Assembly (NCBI GenBank): GCA_017640485.1
Contig: JAEPQP010000002.1
Location: 2,036 to 66,035, forward strand
DNA: 64,000 bases
From: Phycisphaerales bacterium
GTDB taxonomy: Bacteria > Planctomycetota > Phycisphaerae > Phycisphaerales > UBA1924
Direction of reading: 5' to 3'
Below are positions 45,716-55,090 of the stretch, in pieces. Under the pieces are notes generated by a model. It was given only the letters and a program-made list of their open reading frames with translations, was not told where the DNA came from and made no database searches. Each line of letters begins with the position of its first letter. Positions within the stretch are counted from its first letter, which is position 1. The position numbers and the translations under genes are program-made.

Positions 45716-46459
45716 TTAGAAGCGACGACGGCGGCGATGGGCGATGAAGCCTCCGATCGCGAGGAGTGCGTAGGCGCCTGGTGCGGGGATCGTGACGAGC
45801 TGATCCTGTGCACCGCTGTTGGTGAGGCCGATGACACGATCGATGCCGTCGTGTTGTTGGTTGATCGCGAACATGACATCGGATCGGAGGGCGCTGAGTT
45901 GATCGAGGATCTCTTGATCCAGATCTGAGCCGTTGGTCGCGGTCACGCGGAGTGAGCCTTGGCTGAGATTGATGGAGTCTGCGGAGCCGTCGAAGTCGTT
46001 GACAATTTCCCAGACGGTGAGCTGCATCGCGGTTGCGTACGCGTTGGAGATGTCGCCGGCGAGGAGGGTCGCGGAGCTGGAGCGGTAGAGCGCACGGATC
46101 GCGTCTGCGCGTGTCGAGGACATCGGGGTTGAGTTGGATGCGGTCAGCGGGATGGACTCGATGGGCGCGGTGAGGTACTCGGCGCCGTTGCGTGAGACGG
46201 TCTCGGTGATATCGGCGCAGAATGTCCGGTGCTGACCGTTGAGGTATGAGTCGAGGCCGGTTGCGTTGGAAATGACATGGTTGAGTTCGCCTGCGAAGAC
46301 ATTGCGGGCGTTGGATTCGCCGAGCTGGATTTTGACGGACGATCCGGCGCCGGTCCCGGTGAACTGCATGTCAACGACATCGGCGCTGGATACGGCGGTG
46401 CATGCGGCGACGGCGATGATCGCTGCTGGAACGATTGAGTTCTTCTTGGTTGTGCTCAT
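45716..46459 (-). CDS. PEP-CTERM sorting-domain surface protein (family A paralog)
   Basis: ATG 46459, signal peptide, and tail IPAPGAYALLAIGGFIAHRRRRRF. Collinear with 44740..45456 (VFAGELNHVISN, TFCADIT, ADAIRALY and MQLTVWEIVNDFDG). Confidence 0.8.
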   Translation of the reverse strand: MSTTKKNSIVPAAIIAVAACTAVSSADVVDMQFTGTGAGSSVKIQLGESNARNVFAGELNHVISNATGLDSYLNGQHRTFCADITETVSRNGAEYLTAPIESIPLTASNSTPMSSTRADAIRALYRSSSATLLAGDISNAYATAMQLTVWEIVNDFDGSADSINLSQGSLRVTATNGSDLDQEILDQLSALRSDVMFAINQQHDGIDRVIGLTNSGAQDQLVTIPAPGAYALLAIGGFIAHRRRRRF

Positions 46460-46655
46460 GATGTGAATCCCCTGAGTCATGGTCGGTGTTGATCGCACCG
46501 GACGAGTGTTGGTGCCGAACTTCATTTCAAGGGTCCAATTCAGAACTGAGGAATGCTAATGGATCGCATGCGGCGGATTGATTCGAGCCGTGAATGGCTG
46601 CACGATCGTTTCAAACAGGCGCGGAGGTTCGATAAGTGGGCTTTGGGTGGACACG

Positions 46656-46685
46656 AAAAAGGCCTCCGTTTGACGGGAGGCCTTT
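46656..46685 (-). terminator. rho-independent terminator after 46712..47518
   Basis: On the minus strand: AAAGGCCTCC-cgtcaaac-GGAGGCCTTT followed by TT (5-T run overall). Confidence 0.65.
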
Positions 46686-46711
46686 CGCAAAGAGTGACTT
46701 GGGTGCAGGGA

Positions 46712-47518
46712 TTAGCTGCGGCGACGGCGTGAGGCGGTCAGGCCTGCGGCTCCGAGGAGGAGCATGGAAGCCGGTGCTGGGACGATGGACTTGTCCTTGG
46801 TGATGATGAATGCTTCACCAGCAGCAAGTGTGAAGTCCCATTGGAATGCCCAGCCCACATCGCCGATCCCGGAAGCGGTGCCGTCGAGGTTGTCGATGTT
46901 TCCATCGTTGAGCAGGTCGGACATGGCGACTGCGTTGCCCATCTGGAACGCGGTTGGCGACGGGGTCACGACGGTTTCGGAGACTGAGAAGTCGTTGTCG
47001 AACTGGCGTGCGGTGTTGCCGTTGATGATGTCACCGGAGTCATCGCTGAAGTCTCCGCCCAGGTCGAAGTCGACGAACTGGAAGAAGGAGAGCGACATGG
47101 ATGCGTTGGAGTTGTTGCGGATGATGATTTGCTCAGCGAGGTCAGCGTTTGCTGATCCTGCGGTTCCGCCGCGGAGAGTGAAGATGGTTTCGATCTGGAG
47201 ACCGTTGCCGTCGGAGTAGAGTTGTGAGAGTGCATCGACATTGTTATCCGAGAACGGGTTGGTGTCGGTGGTGAAGATGCCGTCGAGGTTGAGATTGTTT
47301 GCGTTGACGCCGAGTTCTTGGGTGTCGTTTGCACGACGGAAGTAGAACTCTTGTGCGAAGAGTTGGTTGACTCCATCGACAAGCCAATCAACTTGACCGG
47401 TGTTGGTGTCAAAGGTTGCGGTGCTGTTCGCATCTGCGAGAACATGTGTCCCGCCTGCGAGCGTCACTGATGCCATACCCGCGCACGACGCGATAGCAAC
47501 GATGGTGTTTCTGAACAT
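46712..47518 (-). CDS. PEP-CTERM sorting-domain surface protein (family B, copy 1)
   Basis: ATG 47518, signal peptide MFRNTIVAIASCAGMASVTLAGG, and tail VPAPASMLLLGAAGLTASRRRRS. Confidence 0.8.
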   Translation of the reverse strand: MFRNTIVAIASCAGMASVTLAGGTHVLADANSTATFDTNTGQVDWLVDGVNQLFAQEFYFRRANDTQELGVNANNLNLDGIFTTDTNPFSDNNVDALSQLYSDGNGLQIETIFTLRGGTAGSANADLAEQIIIRNNSNASMSLSFFQFVDFDLGGDFSDDSGDIINGNTARQFDNDFSVSETVVTPSPTAFQMGNAVAMSDLLNDGNIDNLDGTASGIGDVGWAFQWDFTLAAGEAFIITKDKSIVPAPASMLLLGAAGLTASRRRRS

Positions 47519-47741
47519 GGTAATTTCTCTCTTTCTCAAGTTCTCTCTAGATGAGCAGTCAGAACAGAACTGCGTTACTCGTCCCACTGTACCGATTGTA
47601 CTGTGGGGCAAAGTGCCAATGCAAGCATGATTTTTGAATTACAAGTGAATTGCCGAGAATAAGTTGTGAATTTTGAAGTGAACTGAGGTGCAATTCCGGA
47701 GTGCTGGGTCGGGTAATTGGGCTGTATTCATGCAGAATGAA

Positions 47742-47768
47742 CAAGACCCCGCATTGAACGGGGTCTTG
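47742..47768 (-). terminator. hairpin after 47820..48629 (weak U-tract)
   Basis: CAAGACCCCG-cattgaa-CGGGGTCTTG is a 10-bp stem. The minus-strand tail is TTCATTCTG. Confidence 0.4.
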
Positions 47769-47819
47769 TGTCGGTTTTGCTGATTGATAGAGAGCTGAGA
47801 TTGGTACTCAGCGGCCGAT

Positions 47820-48629
47820 TCAGCTGCGACGACGGCGTGAGGCGAGGAGGCCTGCGGTGCCGAGGAGCATCATGGATCCTGGTGTTGGGACCAGAGTCTT
47901 GTTCTTGGAGATGAGGAAGGAGTCGCCTGCGGCGAGGGTGATGTTCCACTGGAATGCCCAGCCGACATCGCCTGCGAATGCTGCGGTTCCGTCGAGGTCA
48001 TCGATGGATCCGTCTGCGAGCATTGCACGGAGGGAGACGCCGTTGCCCATCTGGAAGAGGTCTGGCGAAGGGGTCGTTGCGGTTTCGGAGAGGATTGAGG
48101 ATCCGCCGTCGTATTGGAACGCGGTGTTTCCGTTGACGATTTCTCCGGAGTCGTCTGAGAAGAAGGTGCCGAGGTCGAAATCGACGAACTGGAAGAAGGA
48201 GAGGGTCATGGAGGAGCTCGATGTGTTGCGGAGGGTGATGACCTCTGCGAGCGATGAGCTGTTTGATCCTGCGGTGTTGCCGCGGAGCGTGAAGAGTGTT
48301 TCGATTTCAAGGCCGTTACCATCGGTGAAGAGCGACCCGAACGCGTCGTCGCGTGTGTCGGTGAATCCGTTAGTGTCGGTTGCGAAGTTTCCAACATTGT
48401 TGAAGTTAATGGAATCAACGCGGAGTTCTTGTGTATCGGTGGAGCGACGGATGTAGAACTCTTGCGTGAAGAGTTGGTTGACGCCGTCGACATTCCAGTC
48501 GATTTGCCCTTGGTCTGGGCTAAATGTTGCGGTGGAGTTGCCATCGCCGAGGACGAAGTCCCCACCGGCGAGTGCGGTTGCTGCGAATCCGGCGCACGAA
48601 GCGATCGCGAATACTGTTTGCTTTTGCAT
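47820..48629 (-). CDS. PEP-CTERM sorting-domain surface protein (family B, copy 2)
   Basis: ATG 48629, signal peptide MQKQTVFAIASCAGFAATALAGG, and tail VPTPGSMMLLGTAGLLASRRRRS. Confidence 0.8.
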   Translation of the reverse strand: MQKQTVFAIASCAGFAATALAGGDFVLGDGNSTATFSPDQGQIDWNVDGVNQLFTQEFYIRRSTDTQELRVDSINFNNVGNFATDTNGFTDTRDDAFGSLFTDGNGLEIETLFTLRGNTAGSNSSSLAEVITLRNTSSSSMTLSFFQFVDFDLGTFFSDDSGEIVNGNTAFQYDGGSSILSETATTPSPDLFQMGNGVSLRAMLADGSIDDLDGTAAFAGDVGWAFQWNITLAAGDSFLISKNKTLVPTPGSMMLLGTAGLLASRRRRS

Positions 48630-48818
48630 GATTGTGTTCTCTCTCTCTATCTCTCTAGGGAGCAGCCAGCACGGAGCCGCTTTGAAAACCTGTCCCACTG
48701 TTCTAAGTGTACTGGGGTGTATCACCAGTTCAAGGGTGATATCTGCAATTTCGAATTAATTATCGGGGTCGCAACACATTTTGATCGGATTTTGATTGGA
48801 TAAGTGCTGTCGGGGTAT

Positions 48819-48845
48819 AAAAAAACGCCCCGGATGACCGGGACG
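48819..48845 (-). terminator. rho-independent terminator after 48877..49683
   Basis: On the minus strand: CGTCCCGG-tcat-CCGGGGCG (one mismatch) followed by TTTTTTT. Confidence 0.65.
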
Positions 48846-48876
48846 CTTGAGATTGACTGTTTTGTTTCAGTCTGAC

Positions 48877-49683
48877 TTATGCACGGCGGCGGCGGGTCGC
48901 GACGAGTCCTGCGGATGCGAGGAGTGCGAGTGAGCCTGGGGTTGGGACGCCGAGGGTCTTGTTCTTGGAGATCAGGAAGGAGTCGCCTGCTCCGAGTTCG
49001 ATGTTCCACTGGAATGCCCAAGCGACATCGCCTTGGTATGAGTCGTTGCCGTTGAGGTCATCGACTCCGTCATCGTTGAAGATGTCGTACATAGTGCCTT
49101 CGTCGTCCATTTGGAAGAGGGTCGGCTGTGGGGTGACGACGGTTTCGGAGAGTGCGAACTCGTCATCGTACTGGAGGGCGGTGTTGCCGTCGACGATTTG
49201 TCCCCAGTCATCGCTTGCGTCTCCGCCGAGGTCGAAGTCGACATACTGGAAGAACGAGATGAACATGGTGGAGGTGCTGGTGTTGGTGATGGAGATCTGC
49301 TCGGCGAGGCTGGAGATTCCGGAACCTTCTGAGCCACCGCGGAGGGTGAAGAGGGTTTCGATTTCAAGGCCGTTGCCGTCGGAGTAGAGGGTGTTGATCG
49401 AGTCGTCGCGATCATCGGTGAAGGTGTTGGTGTCGTTGACTGCGACTCCCAGGACTTCGAGTGAGCCGATGTTGAACTCTTGGTTATCACCTGCACGACG
49501 GAAGTAGAAGGATTGGTCGTAGAGGTGGTCGGTGCCGTCGACGCTCCATTCAAACTGACCGTTTGAGGAGAAGGTTGCGGTCGAGTTTGCATCGCCGAGG
49601 ATGATACCCTCTTCTTCGCCTGCGATGGCAGCAGATGAGAGTGCGGTGAGTGCAGCGAGTGTGAGTGCGGTTGTCTTTTTCAT
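48877..49683 (-). CDS. PEP-CTERM sorting-domain surface protein (family B, copy 3)
   Basis: Signal peptide MKKTTALTLAALTALSSAAIAG and tail VPTPGSLALLASAGLVATRRRRA. Confidence 0.8.
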   Translation of the reverse strand: MKKTTALTLAALTALSSAAIAGEEEGIILGDANSTATFSSNGQFEWSVDGTDHLYDQSFYFRRAGDNQEFNIGSLEVLGVAVNDTNTFTDDRDDSINTLYSDGNGLEIETLFTLRGGSEGSGISSLAEQISITNTSTSTMFISFFQYVDFDLGGDASDDWGQIVDGNTALQYDDEFALSETVVTPQPTLFQMDDEGTMYDIFNDDGVDDLNGNDSYQGDVAWAFQWNIELGAGDSFLISKNKTLGVPTPGSLALLASAGLVATRRRRA

Positions 49684-49792
49684 GTTGGTCTCCCCCGGAG
49701 TGTTCCCATCGAGTGGGGGCTCCAGATCTTTGAACTACTTGGTGATGATTCTGGTGTTGCAGTTGAATCAAGTGAGATATGGACGGAATGGA

Positions 49793-50599
49793 TCAGCGGC
49801 GACGACGGGTGACGAGTGCACCTGCGAGGCCGAGGAGTGCGAATGAGCCTGGTGATGGGACGATGGACTTGTCCTTGGTGATGATGAATGCTTCACCGGC
49901 ACCGAGGGTGATGTCCCATTGGAAGGACCAGCCGACATTGCCTGCGAATGACGCGGTGTTGTCGAGACTGTCGACCTGGTCGTCGTTGAGCATTGCTGAG
50001 ATTTCATCAGCGTCGCCGACTTGGAAGAAGTTTGGTTGTGGTGTGACGACGGTTTCCGAGACGGAGAATCCGTCGTCGGATTGGCTGACGGTGTTGCCGC
50101 TCATGATCTGACCGGCGTCATCTCCTGCGTCGCCGCCGAGGTCGAAGTCGACGAACTGGAAGAACGAGATCGACATGGTCTCTTGTGAGAGGTTGCGGAT
50201 GACGATCTGCTCAGCGAGGTCTGCACGGCTTGAGCCGTCGGAGCCGCCGCGGAGGGTGAAGATGGTTTCGATCTGGAGACCGGCGTCATCGGAGAAGAGC
50301 TGTGAGAGCGCGTCGTCGCTGTCGTCGCGGAATGGGTTGGTGTCGGTGGTGAAGATGCCATCGAGGCTGAGGTTCTCAGCGCTGAGGAGGCGTTCGCTGG
50401 TGTCGTTTGCGCGACGGAAGTAGAACTCTTGAGCGAAGAGCTGTGAAACGCCGTCGACTTCCCAAGAGATTTGGCCGTTGTTGACGTCGAAAGTAGCGGA
50501 TGAGTTGCGGTCCGAAAGGACGAACTGAGGATCGCTCGCGACTGCGGTCGAGGCAATTGCGGCGGATGCTGCGATGATGAGTGCGTGATTTGTAAACAT
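49793..50599 (-). CDS. PEP-CTERM sorting-domain surface protein (family B, copy 4)
   Basis: ATG 50599, signal peptide MFTNHALIIAASAAIASTAVA, and tail VPSPGSFALLGLAGALVTRRRR. Confidence 0.8.
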   Translation of the reverse strand: MFTNHALIIAASAAIASTAVASDPQFVLSDRNSSATFDVNNGQISWEVDGVSQLFAQEFYFRRANDTSERLLSAENLSLDGIFTTDTNPFRDDSDDALSQLFSDDAGLQIETIFTLRGGSDGSSRADLAEQIVIRNLSQETMSISFFQFVDFDLGGDAGDDAGQIMSGNTVSQSDDGFSVSETVVTPQPNFFQVGDADEISAMLNDDQVDSLDNTASFAGNVGWSFQWDITLGAGEAFIITKDKSIVPSPGSFALLGLAGALVTRRRR

Positions 50600-51098
50600 A
50601 GTCAGTTTTCTCCCACGGGGTGACCCCCATTTATTGAGACTCTCCAAACGTTCTCGGGTGTAATGTGCGCCTGTTTTGGGGGAGTGCAAGCAATTGTGCG
50701 AGAAAGACTTGGGTAATTGAGAAATTATCAGCGGAGTGTTTGGTCCCATAAGAACTCGAGCGGTGGGGAGGGGGCTGGTTGATTTGGGTGCTGTCAGGAG
50801 CGTCCGATTTTGAGCGGGTCGACTCGGCGAGCGGATTTAGGGTCTGATAATTTCGTGGAGCATGAAGAGTGAGAGGGTATAGATTTTTCTAAATACCTGA
50901 TAATACGGCAGATAAGACCCGCTGCAGTGGGTGTTTATGGGGCTGGTGTGTCGGGTTTTGGGATTCAGGTGAGCGGATGGAGCAGCCGTGGATAGGCTGT
51001 CGGATGCGGAGAAATCGGGGTGACTGGCTGCGATAGGGAGGGGTGCTTGGTAGGATGAGGCTTGGTTCGCGCAGCTGATGATCGGGATGGAGCGGTTG

Positions 51099-54000
51099 AT
51101 GTCGGAAGAGAAGAAGTCGAACTCGTTTGTTCACTTGCACTTACACTCAGAATACTCGCTTCTGGATGGTGGGAATCGGACGGATAAGCTCGTCAAGCGT
51201 GTGAAAGAGCTCGGGATGGATGCGGTCGCGATCACGGATCACGGCAACATGCACGCGGCGGTGAAGTTCTACAACATCGCGCGGAAGGAGGGGGTCAAGC
51301 CGATTCTGGGGGTGGAGGCGTATGTGGCGCCGAGGGATCGGCACGATCGGACCTATACAGGGGTCGCGGATGGTGGGTACCACTTGGTCCTGCTCGCGGA
51401 GAACAACACGGGGTGGGAGAACCTGCTGTATCTCTGTTCTGAGGCGTACATCAACGGGTTTTACTACAAGCCTCGGATGGATCGCGAGATTCTGGAGAAG
51501 CACTCGGAGGGGTTGATCGCGATCAATGGTCACCTGGGTTCTGAGATTGCGTTCCACATGGTCAAGTACGAGCAGACTCGGGACCAGTCGCACTGGGACG
51601 CGGCTCGGGATGTCGCGAAGTGGCACGCGGAGACTTTCAGGGGGACAGAGAACGGGCCTGGGTTTTATCTGGAGTTGCAGCACCACATCGGTCTGCAGAA
51701 CTCGATCAATCCGCATGTGATCAAGCTGGCGCGGGAGATGGATCTGCCTTTGGTGTGTGACAATGACTCGCACTTCCTGATGGAAGAGGATCACGATGCG
51801 CACGATACGCTGATTTGTATTTCGACTGGGAAGGTCAAGAACGATCCGGAGCGGATGCGGTATCCGACTGAGTTGTATGTGAAGTCTCCAGAGGAGATGC
51901 GCTCGCTGTTTGAATCCGACGAGTACAACAACGAGGAGTTCGGGGACGCGGGGATCGAGGCGCTGGACAATACGGTCTCGATCGCGGATCGGTGTGATGT
52001 GGAGCTCCCGATCGGCGCGAACCACGCGCCGGTGGTGGTGGTCAAGGCGCCGGCGAAGAGCAAACTCCCCAAGCACAACGCGAAGGAGTTTGGTGGGGAT
52101 CTGACGGCGTGGTTCAAGGATTTTTGCACGAACTTCGAGCTTGAGCCTGCGAATGATCCGGATCTGGATCAGGCGTCGTTGAAGAAGGAGTGTGACAAGA
52201 CGCTGCGGTTGTTGTGTGAGGCGGGGATGGTGTGGCGGTATGGGCCGAGCATCATGGACCACTTGCATAAGGGGATCGAGGGGATCGATGAACTCCCTGA
52301 GGGGATGGACGGCGAGGACGCGGATGGGTGGCGGAAGTGGGCGCGATTGAATCGTGAGCTCAAGATCCTTGCGGATAAGTTGATCAGCGCGTACTTCTTG
52401 ATTGTGTGGGACTTTGTGAACTGGGGGCGTCAGCGCGGGATTCCGTCGCTGGCTCGTGGTTCGGGTGTGGGGACGATGACGGGGTTCGTGCTTGGGTTGT
52501 CCAATGCGTGTCCGGTGCATTACGGGTTGCTGTTTGAGCGGTTCACTGATCCGGATCGAACGGAGTATCCCGATATTGATATTGATCTGTGTCAGAACGG
52601 GCGCGGCGAGGTGATCCAGTATGTGCGCGAGAAGTACGGGCATGTGGCGCAGATCATCACCTTTGGGACGCTCAAAGCACGCGCGGCGATCCGCGATGTC
52701 GCGCGGGTGATGGAGTTCCCGCTCGGGGATGCGGACAAGCTCGCGAAGTTGATCCCGGAGGATCTGGGGATCACGCTCGAGAAGGCGCTGGAGCAGGAGC
52801 CCGATCTCAAGGATTGGTATGACCAGGACCCAACGGTCAAGCGGATCATTGATACAGGGCGGACCTTCGAGGGGCAGGCGCGGCACTCATCGGTGCACGC
52901 GGCGGGGGTGATTGTCGCGACGCGTCCGTTGCATGAGGTTGTGCCTCTGTATAAGCAATCGGGGAGTGATGATGTCATCACGCAGTGGGATGGTCCGACC
53001 TGCGAGATGATGGGTTTGCTCAAGATGGACTTCCTTGGGCTGCGGACGCTGTCGGTGATCGAGGGGGCGAAAGAGCGGATCCAAGCGACGCTTCCTGAGG
53101 AGAAGATCTGGGAAGCGGTGGGGCGCGAGAAGAAGAAGGGTGCGGATCATCCGTTGGATCTTGAGCGGTTGAAGTTCGATGACCCGCTGGTGTTTGATAT
53201 GTTCCAGCGCGGGGACACGACGGGGGTGTTCCAGTTTGAATCGGGGGGGATGCGCCGGCTGCTGACGGAGATGAAACCCGACCGGCTGGAAGATCTGATC
53301 GCGGCCAACGCGTTGTTCCGTCCGGGTCCGATGGACCTGATCCCGGATTACAACATGCGCAAGCACGGGCAGGCGGAGGTCCCCAAGGTGCACTCGATCG
53401 TGGATCATTTCACGGAAGAGACCTACGGCGTGATGATCTATCAGGAACAGGTCATGCAGATCGTGCACGAGCTGGGCGGGATTCCGCTGCGCAGCGCGTA
53501 CTCGTTGATTAAAGCGATCAGCAAGAAGAAAGAGAAGATCATCAACGCGGAGCGTCCGAAGTTCATCGAGGGCGCGGTCGAGAAGGGGCTGGATGCGAAG
53601 AAGGGTGAGGAGCTCTTTGATCTGATCCTGAAGTTTGCGGGGTATGGTTTCAATAAGTCGCACTCGACGGGGTATGCGATCGTTGCGTATCAGACGGCAT
53701 ACCTGAAGACCTATTTCCCGAATCATTACATGGCGTCGTTCCTGAGCTTTGAATCGCAGGCGCAGAAGGTCAGCGATTGGATCCCGTATCTGGATGACTG
53801 CAAGCGGACGCGGTTTATTGATCCGAAGTCTGGGGAAGTGATCCGGACAGGAGTGGAGGTCAATGCGCCGGATGTGAATCTGTCGCGGACGGACTTCAGC
53901 GTGGTCTTTGGTGAGAACGAGGAACCGAGCGCGAGCGGGGGGCAGGTGCGGTTCGGGATGCGGGCGATCAAGGGAGCGGGGACCAAGGCGATCGAGGCGA

Positions 54001-55079
54001 TCGTGAAGGAGCGGGACATCGGGGCGGATCCGGAGCAACCGGAGCGGAAACCCTTTGCGAGTCTGTTTGATTTTTGCGAGCGTGTGCCGAGTGGATCGGT
54101 GAACAAGGCGACGATCGAGGCGTTGATCCGCGCGGGGGCGTTTGATGCGGTGCATTCTCGTGAGGAGCGAGCGTCGATGATCGCGAGCATCGAGGCGGCG
54201 GTGAGCGCGGGGCAGTCGATCGCGGCGGACAAGGCGGCGGGGCAGGGCGCGTTGTTTGGGTTTGGTGGAGGGGAGGAAGTGCAAACGCAGGAGATGCCTG
54301 AGACGCCGCTGATACAGGTCGAGGGGTGGAGCGAGAGCGAGACGCTCCGTCAGGAGAAGGAGACGCTGGGGTTTTATGTGTCCAGTCATCCGATGGAGGA
54401 GTGGGACGACTGGGCGCGGGTGTTTACGCCATTGAAGGTTGGGGAGTTGAAATCGCTGCCTCAGGACAAGCGGGTGATTGTGCCTGCGATGGTGCAGGGG
54501 GTGCGGACGATCGTGACGAAGAACGGTCGGAGCGCGGGACAGAAGATGGCGATCCTGACGGTGGAGGATGCGACGGGGACAACGGACGCGGTGATGTTCT
54601 CGAATGTGTACGCGCAGTTCGGGCATCTGACGGACACGGACATGCCCAAGTTCTTCATGGGGCGGTTGGATCACTCGCGTGGTGATGCGCAAATTATCTT
54701 GGATCGTGTGGTGCCGATAGATGGGCATCCGCTGGAGCAGGGGACGATCCAGGTGATGGTGCGGAGCAGTCGAGTGAACGGGAACGCGGGTGAGGTGCTG
54801 GATCGGGTGCGCGGGATCCTGGAGACCCCTGCGGACGCGAGTGATTTGTCGATCGGGAAGAGTGCGCGTCCGGTGATGGTGATCGCGGAGATTGAAGGGG
54901 CGTGGGTGCTGATTGAGCCCGGCGGGGGGGAGGACGGCAAGAGCGTGAAGACGCATATGCGTCCGGAGTTAGTGCGATCGATCTGTCAGGAGTTGGGGGC
55001 GGACTCGGTGCGGCTGAGCGGGGGGGTGAGCGTGGAGCTCAATAAGGATGATCGGCGCAGGCAGTACGCGAAGAACTGA
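51099..55079 (+). CDS. dnaE: DNA polymerase III subunit alpha
   Basis: N-terminal PHP domain FVHLHLHSEYSLLDG, a palm/fingers region (RGSGVGT) and GYGFNKSHS with an OB-fold C-terminal region. About 1326 aa. ATG 51099 (alternative 51078). Confidence 0.95.
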   Translation: MSEEKKSNSFVHLHLHSEYSLLDGGNRTDKLVKRVKELGMDAVAITDHGNMHAAVKFYNIARKEGVKPILGVEAYVAPRDRHDRTYTGVADGGYHLVLLAENNTGWENLLYLCSEAYINGFYYKPRMDREILEKHSEGLIAINGHLGSEIAFHMVKYEQTRDQSHWDAARDVAKWHAETFRGTENGPGFYLELQHHIGLQNSINPHVIKLAREMDLPLVCDNDSHFLMEEDHDAHDTLICISTGKVKNDPERMRYPTELYVKSPEEMRSLFESDEYNNEEFGDAGIEALDNTVSIADRCDVELPIGANHAPVVVVKAPAKSKLPKHNAKEFGGDLTAWFKDFCTNFELEPANDPDLDQASLKKECDKTLRLLCEAGMVWRYGPSIMDHLHKGIEGIDELPEGMDGEDADGWRKWARLNRELKILADKLISAYFLIVWDFVNWGRQRGIPSLARGSGVGTMTGFVLGLSNACPVHYGLLFERFTDPDRTEYPDIDIDLCQNGRGEVIQYVREKYGHVAQIITFGTLKARAAIRDVARVMEFPLGDADKLAKLIPEDLGITLEKALEQEPDLKDWYDQDPTVKRIIDTGRTFEGQARHSSVHAAGVIVATRPLHEVVPLYKQSGSDDVITQWDGPTCEMMGLLKMDFLGLRTLSVIEGAKERIQATLPEEKIWEAVGREKKKGADHPLDLERLKFDDPLVFDMFQRGDTTGVFQFESGGMRRLLTEMKPDRLEDLIAANALFRPGPMDLIPDYNMRKHGQAEVPKVHSIVDHFTEETYGVMIYQEQVMQIVHELGGIPLRSAYSLIKAISKKKEKIINAERPKFIEGAVEKGLDAKKGEELFDLILKFAGYGFNKSHSTGYAIVAYQTAYLKTYFPNHYMASFLSFESQAQKVSDWIPYLDDCKRTRFIDPKSGEVIRTGVEVNAPDVNLSRTDFSVVFGENEEPSASGGQVRFGMRAIKGAGTKAIEAIVKERDIGADPEQPERKPFASLFDFCERVPSGSVNKATIEALIRAGAFDAVHSREERASMIASIEAAVSAGQSIAADKAAGQGALFGFGGGEEVQTQEMPETPLIQVEGWSESETLRQEKETLGFYVSSHPMEEWDDWARVFTPLKVGELKSLPQDKRVIVPAMVQGVRTIVTKNGRSAGQKMAILTVEDATGTTDAVMFSNVYAQFGHLTDTDMPKFFMGRLDHSRGDAQIILDRVVPIDGHPLEQGTIQVMVRSSRVNGNAGEVLDRVRGILETPADASDLSIGKSARPVMVIAEIEGAWVLIEPGGGEDGKSVKTHMRPELVRSICQELGADSVRLSGGVSVELNKDDRRRQYAKN

Positions 55080-55090
55080 GTTGGCTTAGT

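Larger units (their letters stand above)
46712..50599 (-). repeat. tandem array of four paralogous family-B PEP-CTERM genes
   Basis: All four share NSTATF...W.VDG...L..Q.FYFRR...TDTN.F.D...IET.FTLRGG...LAEQI.I.N.S...M..SFFQ.VDFDLGG..DD.G.I..GNT..Q.D..F..SETVVTP.P..FQ...W.FQW...L.AG..F.I.K.K. and a PEP-CTERM tail. Confidence 0.85.
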
